A stretch of 64,000 nucleotides of DNA from Massalongia carnosa. Taxonomy: Eukaryota. Within the stretch, counting starts at the first letter, position 1; every line of letters begins with the position of its first letter. The notes beneath the pieces were generated by a model, which did no database searches, was not told the DNA's origin, and was given only the letters and a program-made list of their open reading frames with translations. Shown here piece after piece: positions 23,140 to 34,263 of the stretch. The position numbers and the translations under genes were made by a program. Location: the NCBI GenBank assembly GCA_965645245.1, contig OZ287082.1:682001-746000 (forward strand), read 5' to 3'.

Positions 23140-24650
23140 TTTCGCGACCTACCGTTAAGTTATATCTTATGTTTCACGATTTAAGATATCTTATATAAAT
23201 TATAAGTATTATTGTATATGTTATTATATTATTATATATTAAAAATATAATTTATAATCGTTATAAATCTTTTAAATTATCAAATTCTTATCGTTCGTTC
23301 TCGTTACAGAATATATTTTATAAAAAATATCGATATTAAATTTTTTAATCGAGATTTTTATCGAATTTAAAATTAGTAAAATTTGTTTCGATTCTTGATA
23401 ATAATTTAAATTCTTAAACGATTTGTGACGATTAAATACGAATTATGTAATTATATAACGTTGTAAAGTAATAAATTGTATAATGTACGTGATTTATTAT
23501 AATAAAAATTACAGAAGAATAGAAAAAACAAAAAATAGAATTAACAGTTTGATATAATAAATAAATAAAATAATCTTTGCAGATCTCACGTCTCGTGTAT
23601 CGTATTTCGTGTCTCGTTATTTTGATTTTTTTATGTATATTGTATGTATTCGATATATAGAGTTATGTTACTATATATAACTAATAATATTTTTTAAAAA
23701 AGATAACTTCTTTATATGAAATAATTTCGTTTTCTGATATTTTAATCGAGATTTTCGTTGAAATGATTACAAACAAATCTTGTTTTGTTTCTTGTTTGCA
23801 ATCTAGAAATTTTTGAACGATTGTCGTTTTATTTTTCTAAAACGTTTATTTAATTCTTGTTGAACAATGACAAGAAAATTATTAAAGAAAAACAATATCG
23901 AAAACATATATTAAGTAAATTAATCAATAATTTCTAAAAAAAATAAGCATTAAATTCTTTATTATATAACTTTATCCCGTCTCAGCGATATAAAGAGATT
24001 ATTTTATTTCAATTTATCACAATGCTCGATGATTATAATTAAATTAAACATGTGGAAAGTTATACGTCGATTCAAACTCGACAAAGTCTCGAGTTCGAGT
24101 GAAATAATCAATAGAATTGTAAAGATATGCTTTGAAAAGTTAACCGAATTGATAATTTATTATTTCAAGCATGAGTAAAACAAGCATATCATTTTCGTGC
24201 ATTCAAAACTGTCAATACAATCACGCTAAAAAATAGACAAGAATGATTATTCGATCTCGAACGTTTATCGATTTATAACACTTCTGAACACGCTTGAAAA
24301 AGTATAAAATCTATAATGTTTAAAAAAATCATTTATTTATCGAAAATTTATTGAATCGACACTGGTATTGTAGACTAAACAAATTCAAACAATGTAAGAT
24401 CAGAACAATAACATATTAGTCACATTATTAAACATGAACGTAACAGAAACTTATAATACTGTGAATTATCGAAGAAAAATTCGCAATCTGCGTAAAAGAA
24501 AAATCTCGAAATAAATAACTGATTGAGTAAACAGTTTTCTGAATGAACGAAACATCACTCCGATCATTCACAGTCGAATCACGAGCACATTCGATGTAAA
24601 AATCGAAATCTCATCAGATTCTTTCATTTCTTCGATTTTATATTTATTTT

Positions 24651-25146
24651 TATAAGAGGGACAGTAGATACTAGTCCTTATGGTTTATAATGCTCAGTGT
24701 GACTGCTAATAGATTGGTAGGTGCTAAAGCTAAAAGCTGATTCCCTGAAGATGGGAATCTAGCTTTCTATATACCCCTTGGGGTCCTATTTACTAACTAC
24801 TTGTCTGGTTACCTGTCTGCCTTGTTGCCTTCAGCTGAGGTCTAGTAGATAGCCTTGCTGCCTTCAGCTGAGGTCTAGCAGATAACCTTGTTGCCTTCAG
24901 CTGAGGTCTAGCAGATAGCCTTGTTGCCTTCAGCTGAGGTCTCCTAGGCGTCCCAGGCCTCCCATGAGATCGAGGCTTATCTGAATAGCTTCAGTTGCTG
25001 CCTAACAAACTGGTAAGGCTGATTGCTGATGGCTTAGTATTGCTATCCGCCTTATCATGACTAAGCATCCGGATTATCAGTCACCCGGTCTTCTTGGGTG
25101 AGTCATCCCAGGAGCTAGCGCAGTCCTGTATTGCCGCGCTATTACA
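24651..25146 (-). repeat. Gypsy-2 3' LTR (TG...TA) with four internal 33-bp repeats
   Basis: Direct repeat of 30654-31149; GCCTTGTTGCCTTCAGCTGAGGTCT units at 24819, 24852, 24885, 24918. Confidence 0.96.
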
Positions 25147-25523
25147 ATTACCTCCCTTCTAGTAATGAGCTCCTGCGAAATTCATCCCAGGTAGTTCGTG
25201 CGTTCAGCCCATCATCGCGTGGTAATTGCAAGCGGTTAATCGTGCCGATGGCTTTAACGTCGATGGCCGCTTGAATGCAGGCTAGCAAGAGTTGGGATTT
25301 GTAAGAGCTTGGAAGATATTAGGATAACATAACTTGATGCTCTGGCTCAGCCTCATTAAAAACCTCCCACCTCCCTTCTAGGGAAGGTGCTAGGAAAAGA
25401 GCTACTGGCCTGGATGGAATCGAGCATGACGTTACTGCAACACATTGCTGAGCTCCTAGCGCAGCCTCATTAAAAACCTCCAACCTTTTTTCGTGGGCAG
25501 GTGGTAGGAAAAGAGTGCTGGCC

Positions 25524-28500
25524 TTATTTAGTCCTCTTTGTGCGTCGTCCTGTTTCTTTCGCTAATGAGGGAGTCCTAGTGGCCTGAGGGGTGGACATTG
25601 CTGTTGGCTTGGTAGGATTTTTCTCATGAAATTCCCTCAATAGCTTTCGTAGATGTTTGACGCCGGCGACGGGCTCCCATGTGTCTTCCGCGTCGGGATA
25701 ACCTTTCCAATGCACTAGATAATATAATCCAGCCGGTCGTCCGTCTTCTGCTTCTTTTGCATAGACTGCACTATCTCGTATGCACTCTACTTCATACTCT
25801 TGCATGTCATCGTCTTCGAATTCAAGCTGTTCAGCCATTTGTTCGTCTACTACCTCCCTTCTGGTGGTGTCTCTTTCCAGCAGAGACACATGAAAGACTG
25901 GGTGTATTTTCCAACTTTTCGGAAGTTCTAGCTCGTAAGCTTGAGTGCCTACAGGCCTCAACACCTTAAAGGGACCCAAGAACTTATGTTCAAGCTTCTT
26001 GTTCCTTTTCGTCTTAATATGTTTGCTGTTTAGCAAAACCATATCATCGGGAGCGTAGCAACGTTCTTTCACCGTTCTATTGTGATATTTGGCTTGATTG
26101 TCTTGGGCTAATTGCAGGTTATTTTTCAACTCTGCTAACAAATCGCGTAGATTTTTAGCCTGTTCCTCAGCTGTCTTCGACTTCGATCGAGGGTCTTGGT
26201 TATCTTCATAACTCATCCTTGGGTGGTAGCCTATATTAGCCTCGAACGGGGTGAGCTTGGTGCTTGAATGACGGGTGTTATTGTATGCAAATTCAGCGGT
26301 AGGGAGCCATTGCACCCAGTCATCTTGCTCGAAACGGCAGTAAGACCTAAGGTAAGCTTCCATGGTACTATTTTGACGTTCTGTCTGACCGTCTGTTTGT
26401 GGATGGAAGGCTGTGCTTAGCCTACGCTTTATCTTCATGTAATAGCATAGGGATGACCAGAAGTTTGATGTAAATAGCGAGCCCCGATCGGTGACTATGG
26501 AGTCAGGTAGGCCGTGATACTTGAACACGCAGTGCCTTAGCACTTCAGCTAACTGTTCAGCAGTCAGCGTTTTCTTCACTGCCTCATAGTGCACCATCTT
26601 GGTGAGCCTATCAACGACGACTAGGATGGAGTCATAATCAACTCCCCTCCAGTCCTTACTCTTAGGTAAGCCAGTGACGAAGTCCATCGTAATGTCCTTC
26701 CACTTATGAGTTGGTATAGGCAACGACTGCAAGTTTCCATAAGGCTTATGCCTCGTAGCTTTGCTACTCATGCAGACGTCGCAACCCTCTACATAGCGTG
26801 CTATGTCTGACTTCATCGATGGCCAGTAGTACTTTCTACTCACTAGCTCAATCGTCTTGTCTTTCCCGAAGTGCCCTGCCAGCGGATCATCATGATTTAA
26901 CTCAAGAATTTCTCCTCGTAAGGAGGCTGGGATGTAGGCCTTTCCTTCATGGAATAGACAGTGGTCCGAGTCCGACCATGGCTCGCTGGAGGGCGCCACC
27001 TCCTGTGTCCCCGACACGTCACTGTCTTTCAAGGTAGCTAACCTTTTCCGAACAGTGATAGCGACCTCGTCAACCTGTTGCAACTCAGGAAGACGCTCTA
27101 ATACTCCCCTAGAAGCGGGTTGAGTATAAGGTGACTCGCGCTGTGCGAGAGAGTTTCGCAATGAACTCCAGTATGCCTTCACCTTCGGAACAACCAATGT
27201 TCCGCATGTTATGATCTTCCATATTTCACCGTGGTGAGACCCCGTCGGGCCAGAAGCATCATCTAACGACTCCCCTGACATTGCCCTCATTAGACAAACG
27301 CGTGCGTTCTTATCTACTAGGGATGTCTGCAAAAGGTGGAGCGTTTTGCGGTTTTCAACCAGCACTTCGCCATCATCATCGCCAGCGGTAGGAGGTCTTG
27401 ACAGCCCATCGGCTGGGTTCCTCTTACCCTGACGATAATCGATGCGGAAATTATACCTGGAAAGCTCTTGAGCCCACCTTACTTGCCTGCCGCTTAGGCG
27501 CTTGGTATCCATAAACCTCGTAAGGTTATTGTGATCAGTCAACACGAGACTTTCGTGAGACGACCCCTCAAGGTAATGTCTCCAAATTTTGAAGGCCTCG
27601 ACTATCGCTAATAGTTCAGCATCATGGGTCTCGTAATTACGCTCAGCCAGTAGCATCTTGCGTGAGTAATAGGCAACAGGGTGCCATTGTCCCTCGTCAT
27701 CTTGCTGAGCCAATATGCCGCCAATAGCATAACCTGACGCATCGGTTTCCACGCGTACTGGTTTACTAGCATCGTAATGCCTTAGTACCGGGGCCTCTAT
27801 GAACGACTTTTTCAGCTTCTCAAAAGCCTCTAGAGCTTCCTCCGTAAGGAACTCGCTTTCGACACCATTAGGTGCTTTCTGTCTATGATTAGCGGGCTTT
27901 GTTTTCAGCATAGCGGTAAGTGGCCCTGCTATTTTACTGAACCCACGAATGAATCGTCTATAGAAATTCGCGAAGCCTATGAACACCTGTACATCGCGTA
28001 CGCATGTGGGCCGTGGCCAATTTTGCACTGCTTGGATGCGATCTTTTCGCATATAAACACCTTTAGGATTGATGACATAGCCTAGGAATTCGACTTCGTC
28101 GGTGCTGAATCGGCATTTTTGTAAGTTGCAAAATAAGCCATGCTTGCGGAGTTGTTCTAACACCCATCGCACAGCATCTTCATGGGCCTTACCCTTCTGT
28201 TCGGTATAGATCAGTATATCATCCAAATAAACGATGCAGAAGACATCCAGTTTTAGTGCCAACGCTTTATTGATATAGGCTTGGAAGGAGGCCGGAGCAT
28301 TGGATAATCCGAACGGCATGACGCAGTATTCGAAATGGCCATATCGGGTGCGAAAGGCTGTCTTCCATTCGTCGCCTTTCTTAATTCTGATGCGATTATA
28401 GGCTGCAGTCAAATCCAATTGGGTGTACTGTTTGGCCCGTCCTAGTCGATCTAAAGACTCGCCTACTAATGGTAGCGGGTAGCGATTTTTAACTGTCAGA

Positions 28501-29411
28501 TTGTTCAGACCCCTATAATCCACGCAGAGCCTCAGGGTACCATTTGCCTTAGGCACGAAGAGAATAGGAGCTCCAGCTGGTGAGGTAGATGGCCGGATAA
28601 ACCCATTAGCCAGGTGAGCATCGAGGTAGGCCCTTAGCACTGTGAGCTCTGTTTCTGATAGGCTATAAATAGGTCCATATGGAGGCTGCTTTCCATCCAC
28701 GAGGTCGATCGCATGATCATGTAGCCCGTGCTCTGGTAGCTCGGCTGCACTATCTTCCGAAAAGACATCTGCGAAATCCTTATAAGCCTCAAGGACCTTG
28801 ATTTCTTGTACCTTCACTGAGGCTATTCTAGCTCGACGGCTCGAATGGATGTTATCTACACCTAGCGCCTTAGCATGGACCACGTAGGTCGGTGTATCTT
28901 CTGATAACGCCTCTTCTATGAAGACTTCTGGTTCTATAATCTCTATCCGATGAGTAGTCATCAGGGCCGATTGAACGCTTAGTTCTCGCCAATTCAGGGT
29001 CCTTGCTGACCAATCGATATCGGGATTGGCTAGCTGCAGGAATGGCATGCCCAACACGATATTATGAGGTATATCTGCTATTAGGAATGTTTCCTCAAAG
29101 AAACGTTGCTGACCTAATTGATCAGTTACCCCGAACACCAACAGACCCATGCCATGTGTCATGACTTGCTGGTGATTAATAGCTTCCAAACTGACGCTGG
29201 AGTGTAACACTGTCAGAGCGCATATATTTGCGTAAGCTCTAGAAATAAGGTTAACTTCACTTCCGCTGTCAATTAGTGCTTTTGCTGTTTCTTTAGCGTG
29301 TGTTATTTCGTACTCTATGCAGGGTGCGACTTCCAATGTCTTAGGACTTGCCGATGCCTCTTTGATAGTAGTCGCCGGTAGGGAGGCAGCAGCGGCGACT
29401 ATGCTTTTTTT
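25524..29411 (-). CDS. Gypsy-2 Pol (PR, RT, RNase H, integrase, chromodomain), expressed by -1 frameshift
   Basis: ALIDSGS, YLDD, ETDASG, HDDPLAGH..CDVC, ITMDFV, IVTDRG, GPF, YEVECIRDS..YYLVHWKGYPDAEDTWEP. Confidence 0.96.
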   Translation of the reverse strand, partial: KKSIVAAAASLPATTIKEASASPKTLEVAPCIEYEITHAKETAKALIDSGSEVNLISRAYANICALTVLHSSVSLEAINHQQVMTHGMGLLVFGVTDQLGQQRFFEETFLIADIPHNIVLGMPFLQLANPDIDWSARTLNWRELSVQSALMTTHRIEIIEPEVFIEEALSEDTPTYVVHAKALGVDNIHSSRRARIASVKVQEIKVLEAYKDFADVFSEDSAAELPEHGLHDHAIDLVDGKQPPYGPIYSLSETELTVLRAYLDAHLANGFIRPSTSPAGAPILFVPKANGTLRLCVDYRGLNNLTVKNRYPLPLVGESLDRLGRAKQYTQLDLTAAYNRIRIKKGDEWKTAFRTRYGHFEYCVMPFGLSNAPASFQAYINKALALKLDVFCIVYLDDILIYTEQKGKAHEDAVRWVLEQLRKHGLFCNLQKCRFSTDEVEFLGYVINPKGVYMRKDRIQAVQNWPRPTCVRDVQVFIGFANFYRRFIRGFSKIAGPLTAMLKTKPANHRQKAPNGVESEFLTEEALEAFEKLKKSFIEAPVLRHYDASKPVRVETDASGYAIGGILAQQDDEGQWHPVAYYSRKMLLAERNYETHDAELLAIVEAFKIWRHYLEGSSHESLVLTDHNNLTRFMDTKRLSGRQVRWAQELSRYNFRIDYRQGKRNPADGLSRPPTAGDDDGEVLVENRKTLHLLQTSLVDKNARVCLMRAMSGESLDDASGPTGSHHGEIWKIITCGTLVVPKVKAYWSSLRNSLAQRESPYTQPASRGVLERLPELQQVDEVAITVRKRLATLKDSDVSGTQEVAPSSEPWSDSDHCLFHEGKAYIPASLRGEILELNHDDPLAGHFGKDKTIELVSRKYYWPSMKSDIARYVEGCDVCMSSKATRHKPYGNLQSLPIPTHKWKDITMDFVTGLPKSKDWRGVDYDSILVVVDRLTKMVHYEAVKKTLTAEQLAEVLRHCVFKYHGLPDSIVTDRGSLFTSNFWSSLCYYMKIKRRLSTAFHPQTDGQTERQNSTMEAYLRSYCRFEQDDWVQWLPTAEFAYNNTRHSSTKLTPFEANIGYHPRMSYEDNQDPRSKSKTAEEQAKNLRDLLAELKNNLQLAQDNQAKYHNRTVKERCYAPDDMVLLNSKHIKTKRNKKLEHKFLGPFKVLRPVGTQAYELELPKSWKIHPVFHVSLLERDTTRREVVDEQMAEQLEFEDDDMQEYEVECIRDSAVYAKEAEDGRPAGLYYLVHWKGYPDAEDTWEPVAGVKHLRKLLREFHEKNPTKPTAMSTPQATRTPSLAKETGRRTKRTK

Positions 29412-30553
29412 GGATGGGGACAGTCTTTTACCCAATGTTCGAGGGATCCACAATTATAGCAGCTATTTTTGTTATTGTCTTGTATCTCGGTCACAGTGCC
29501 TAGCGGAATGGCATTGCTATTGGTCGACGGCGCGCTAGTACCAGCCGGAGCCGCATTCCTGCCGCCTCGGCCTCTTCCGCCTCTATTGCCTCTTCCGTGG
29601 TGACTACCTCGATGACCTCTTCCGCCTCGACCTCCGCGATGATTAGTTGGATATGGTTCTCGGCGGCCCTGATCGTTAGAAGCCGGGGCACCTTGCTCCC
29701 GCTTGGAGTAGCCTCTACCTGTTGATGATGGCAAAACAGCCGCTCCCTCAGCTAGTTGTGCATCACTGATGAATTCCGCTATGGTAGCGGGATGTCGATG
29801 ACCTAGTGCTAAGGAATTCCGAATTATTGGTATGACTCCCGTACGAAGCTTCTGGACCATCTGTTCTTCGGTAATAGGATGTTCCGGATCTGCATCGGCT
29901 AATATTGTTCGTAGGCGTTGTAAGTAGGCCGCAAAGGATTGAACAGTATCATTGGGACGTTGTTGTGCATGATGGTACTGCATCCAGGTTCGATCTTTGA
30001 AAACTTCTGTAGAGCCTAGTTGATTCATGAGGTTATTTTTGAACTCCTTCCAGGTAAGATTCAGATGACCCCCTCGTGATAGTATCTCATGCCAATTGTC
30101 GCTAGGGGTGTCTCGAAGGTAGCTGCCTGCATAGGCTATACGACGATCTTGTTCCGTTTCAGGCATGCCACTAGTGTTAAAGACAGCCTCGCATTGTCTG
30201 GTGAATTCGAACAAGGTCTTATGGTCCTTGCCATAATACGGGTCGGGCGACTTAGCTTTGAGGTTATACCTGACAGATCGTTCCATGGAGCGAGGACGAC
30301 GAGACTCTCTTTCCTCGTGCAGTCGTTCTAATTCCCTTTCATTGGCAGCGAGACGGGTACTTTGCTGAGTCAACAAGGTGGCCTGGGCCTGCATGGCTGC
30401 TGTCTGTTCGGTCAAATGGGCCTGCATGGCTCTAATCTCGTCGATTAGCTGGTTTGGTGGTGTTTGTTCCAGCGTATCGTAGTCCAGTAGGTCATCACCC
30501 TGATTGGACGTGGGATTGGCCGAATTCTGGCCGCTTCGTCCTCGTGTGTTCAT
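29399..30553 (-). CDS. Gypsy-2 Gag
   Basis: 384 aa; SPDPYYG motif, RG-rich tract, CYNCGSLEHWVKDC knuckle. Confidence 0.94.
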   Translation of the reverse strand: MNTRGRSGQNSANPTSNQGDDLLDYDTLEQTPPNQLIDEIRAMQAHLTEQTAAMQAQATLLTQQSTRLAANERELERLHEERESRRPRSMERSVRYNLKAKSPDPYYGKDHKTLFEFTRQCEAVFNTSGMPETEQDRRIAYAGSYLRDTPSDNWHEILSRGGHLNLTWKEFKNNLMNQLGSTEVFKDRTWMQYHHAQQRPNDTVQSFAAYLQRLRTILADADPEHPITEEQMVQKLRTGVIPIIRNSLALGHRHPATIAEFISDAQLAEGAAVLPSSTGRGYSKREQGAPASNDQGRREPYPTNHRGGRGGRGHRGSHHGRGNRGGRGRGGRNAAPAGTSAPSTNSNAIPLGTVTEIQDNNKNSCYNCGSLEHWVKDCPHPKKA

Positions 30554-30653
30554 GTTGACGATAAATAGTTTGAATTGTTTGGACGGTAGGTGTGATAGGA
30601 TTGAACTATCAACAGTCGGACCAAGCTATCCTAAGATATGGAGCTTTTAGAAT

Positions 30654-31149
30654 TATAAGAGGGACAGTAGATACTAGTCCTTATGGGTTATAATGCTCAG
30701 TGTGACTGCTAATAGATTGGTAGGTGCTAAAGCTAAAAGCTGATTCCCTGAAGATGGGAATCGAGCTTTCTATATACCCCTTGGGGTCCTATTTACTAAC
30801 TACTTGTCTGGTTACCTGTCTGCCTTGTTGCCTTCAGCTGAGGTCTAGTAGATAGCCTTGCTGCCTTCAGCTGAGGTCTAGCAGATAACCTTGTTGCCTT
30901 CAGCTGAGGTCTAGCAGATAGCCTTGTTGCCTTCAGCTGAGGTCTCCTAGGCGTCCCAGGCCTCCCATGAGATCGAGGCTTATCTGAATAGCTTCAGTTG
31001 CTGCCTAACAAACTGGTAAGGCTGATTGCTGATGGCTTAGTATTGCTATCCGCCTTATCATGACTAAGCATCCGGATTATCAGTCACCCGGTCTTCTTGG
31101 GTGAGTCATCCCAGGAGCTAGCGCAGTCCTGTATTGCCGCGCTATTACA
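30654..31149 (-). repeat. Gypsy-2 5' LTR
   Basis: Direct repeat of 24651-25146; TATATA at 30771-30776. Confidence 0.96.
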
Positions 31150-31945
31150 ATTTTATAAAGCAGATTTATTAAACATATATGAAAAATCGAGCACAAACAC
31201 GAGTGCTTTAGATTTCGTAAACAACATCAATATGTTAACATACGAAAAAAGCATCGAGAAAAATTGCAAGACGTTGAAGAAAATTCACAAAAAATGTGAA
31301 AAATGAGTCATTCGTCATGATTCAATATTTGTCTCGAAGGAATACGAATTGATTCGTTTGTCTAAAAATTCGAAGAAATTCAACATGTTTATTATCATTC
31401 GATAGAAAATAACATCATAAAATCAAAGACGAACATCAGAATTCTGGAAACTTTAAATCGATTCAAAGCTGAAATAAGGTTCACACAAAAGAAAAATTCG
31501 GAAGAAAATTACAAAACAATGCAGAACATTGACAGAAATATTTATCTTTACATGAAACGTCACTTTTTCAATAACACGTCAGATATATACTACGTCGTAG
31601 TTCGATCGATCATGACGTACGACTTTATCATATTACACATATTAAAAGAAATTCAAAAATCAAACGTTATATCGAACAAATTAATCGTTATACAAAACAA
31701 ATGTTTTCGAAACATAATCGAAGTCTTTAAAATAACGCTTATAGAAATTCTAAAAGCAGAGACATTTATAATCTCAATTGACTTCATTTAAATCAATTAC
31801 AAATCGAGATCAAACAACGTCTGGGTCGAAGTGATCATAAGAATTTCATCATAAATGCATGCATCAAAATAATCAATAAACTTCGAGATCGAACAGAACG
31901 TAAGCGAGTCTTAATAATTTTTTCAGAAACGCGAAAACACGTTTG

Positions 31946-32134
31946 TGTGACGGAGCGAGATAGAGAATAGGTTTTCTACCATTGCGCCACCTGGCCTTCC
32001 AGCCACCGCCAGCCACGCGGACCAAAAGGCACAATACTTAGTCCCGCGACTAAGTCCTATTCTACTATAACTGATGTCCACGCTATGTTCGCTTTACGTG
32101 CTGCCATCCGACCGTTCATGGTCGAACCGTGACA
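31946..32134. mobile_element. Short solo LTR, 189 bp, inside LINE-D
   Basis: TGTGACGG...CCGTGACA, TSD GTTTG; inverted relative of 62514-62684. Confidence 0.9.
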
Positions 32135-32944
32135 GTTTGAATCAAGAAAATCACATGAAGAACATTTAACGTTTCAACTTCGACATCAAATTTATCATAA
32201 GTCAAAATCTTCTCAAATGTCGCTCGTGATCTTGAGAAGACTCGCATCGCTCATAACAAAACCATCATTTTAATCAAAAACAACATATAACGCATGACAA
32301 ATCTCATAAAGATTATCTCAGAAACGTATACTCGTTTTTATCTCGATTCAAGTAAATTTATTAATCAAAAAACGCATTATTTTGCATAAAATTCCAATTA
32401 AAGCAGAAAGCGCGTTAGTCATTCAGATACGCTCAGAAAAGATAGATCTGATCGTCTTTCTACATAGACGTCGAGTTTCAGACGTCTCGTTCTCGTATTG
32501 CTTATGTGAATAACACAAACAGATAACAAAACATGTAATCATGTTTTGCAAATTTAACGACAATAGACAAATTGTATTAAACTCGATAAAAACAAACAAC
32601 TATCGATTAATAATTGAATTATTTAAATCGATGAAACTAGTCATCGCGTGATTAATGAAGATCGACTTGTTATCACAATTTTCGCTGACAACACAACATT
32701 TATATCATTGACAGTAATCATTTTTTGATTTACTTTTCATTACTCGTCATAGATCAATTGTTCTCATATAAAGCATACGATCGAGACTAGAAAAGTCTTC
32801 GACTGAATGCAAAATTTCATGATTTTTCTTTCTCAAAAGACTTTTCATATATTATACAACCAAATAAACTCGCTCGCATGAGTCGATCTTCGATCGATAT
32901 CAAATCGAAATTAGAATTATCATTATTATCATCATCATCATCAT

Positions 32945-34110
32945 AATGTTTTTTATGTTACTTATTTTTCAAATTTTCAAAATTTAAAGTTTGAAGTTTT
33001 TATAACCATAAATATTGTTTTCATGAATAACTTAATTATATAATGATAATTTTTCATAAATTTTAAATATTTGACATATTTAGAGTAAATCGCCTATTTA
33101 ACATATATATTATGTCTTATGTTATCGATTTTTCAATTTTTACATTTTCGATATTGATGAATTTTTAAAAAATAGATATTATTTTGTTTAATATCTTCTT
33201 TGTATCATGTGCGATTTTTAAATTTCTTGAAGATATGATTTAAGACTCTGATCTTATTACGTAATTTAACGTATAAAATGTTTTTTACGTTACTTTTTTT
33301 TAAAGTTTCAAATATTGAAGTTCGAGGTTTTTGTATAATTTAATATTGTTTTCATCAACAACTTTGTCAATTCAAGTTCGGTTTTCAAAATTTCTGAATA
33401 TATGACTTTTTCAATAAAAAATGTATATTTAATACATATATTGTTTTTTATGTTATCAACTTTTCAATATTTTTATTTTGATATTGTTAAATTTCTAAGT
33501 AATCAATACTCTTTTCATGAATAACTTTATCAAATCACGTGATGCTTACAAATTTCTTGAACATTTAAGATTTTGATTAAAATATGCGTATTTAATATAT
33601 ATAACGTTTTCTCCGTTACTTAGTTTTCAAAATTTCAATTTTTAAAGTTCGAGACTTTTGTATCAATTGTCATTGTTTTCATGAATAACTTCTTCAAATC
33701 AAGTCGGATTTTCAAAATTCTTGAATATTTAATCTGTTCAGTAAAATATGCATCTTCAACATATATAATGTTATTTACGTTATCAGTTTTTCAATGTTTT
33801 TTATTTTGATATTGTTGAATTTCTAAAAAATCGATACTTTTTTCATAAATAACTTTATCAAATCACGTGATATGTTCAAATTTCTTGAAGATTTAAGATT
33901 TCGATTCAATTTTGCGTATTTAACATATATAATGTTTATTGCGTTACTCACGTTTCAAAATTTCAATTTTTGAAGTTCGAGGTTTTTCTGTTAATTGATA
34001 TTGTTTTCATGAATAACTTCATCAAATCAAGTCGGATTCTCAGAATTCTTGAATATTTATGTACTGCATGCAGTTAACTATGTTTCATATATAAAAAGTT
34101 TCTTACGTTA
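32945..34110. repeat. AT-rich satellite-like array, ~164-bp monomers in ~328-bp dimers
   Basis: TTCATGAATAACT-like anchor at about 33020, 33351, 33514, 33678, 33842, 34006; AAGTTCGAG at 33318, 33645, 33973. Confidence 0.8.
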
Positions 34111-34172
34111 CTGATTCAAGAAAATCATATTGAGAAATCAAAAAAAACACTTCCACTTCCCATTCGGCTGAG

Positions 34173-34263
34173 TGGAAAGTCGCGACTTTCCATTCGGAAA
34201 ATGTTTTTCCGGCTCCGCCGACCAATCGGAAATGTTCCCTGAATGGAAAGTCGCGACTTTCCA
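34173..34263. repeat. Twin perfect 20-bp palindromes
   Basis: TGGAAAGTCGCGACTTTCCA at 34173-34192 and 34244-34263. Confidence 0.95.

Larger units (their letters stand above)
17353..23153 (-). mobile_element. Near full-length Tad-like LINE (LINE-C) disrupted by two solo LTRs
   Basis: (CAT)5 tail 17353-17367, ORF1 intact, ORF2 homologous to LINE-A; 5' boundary approximate, only a 4-bp GTTA TSD candidate. Confidence 0.93.
24651..31149 (-). mobile_element. Ty3/Gypsy chromovirus (Gypsy-2), full length and intact
   Basis: 496-bp LTRs with two differences, TSD ATTTT (24646-24650, 31150-31154), PPT AGAAGGGAGGTAAT, uninterrupted gag and pol. Confidence 0.98.
23975..32944 (+). mobile_element. Heavily mutated 5'-truncated Tad-like LINE (LINE-D), sister of LINE-B, split by Gypsy-2 and a solo LTR
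   Basis: Colinear with LINE-B from 31430 to 32944 including 3' UTR and (ATC)n tail; RT relic ILYLF|YKADLL spans the Gypsy-2 TSD; 5' limit approximate. Confidence 0.88.
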
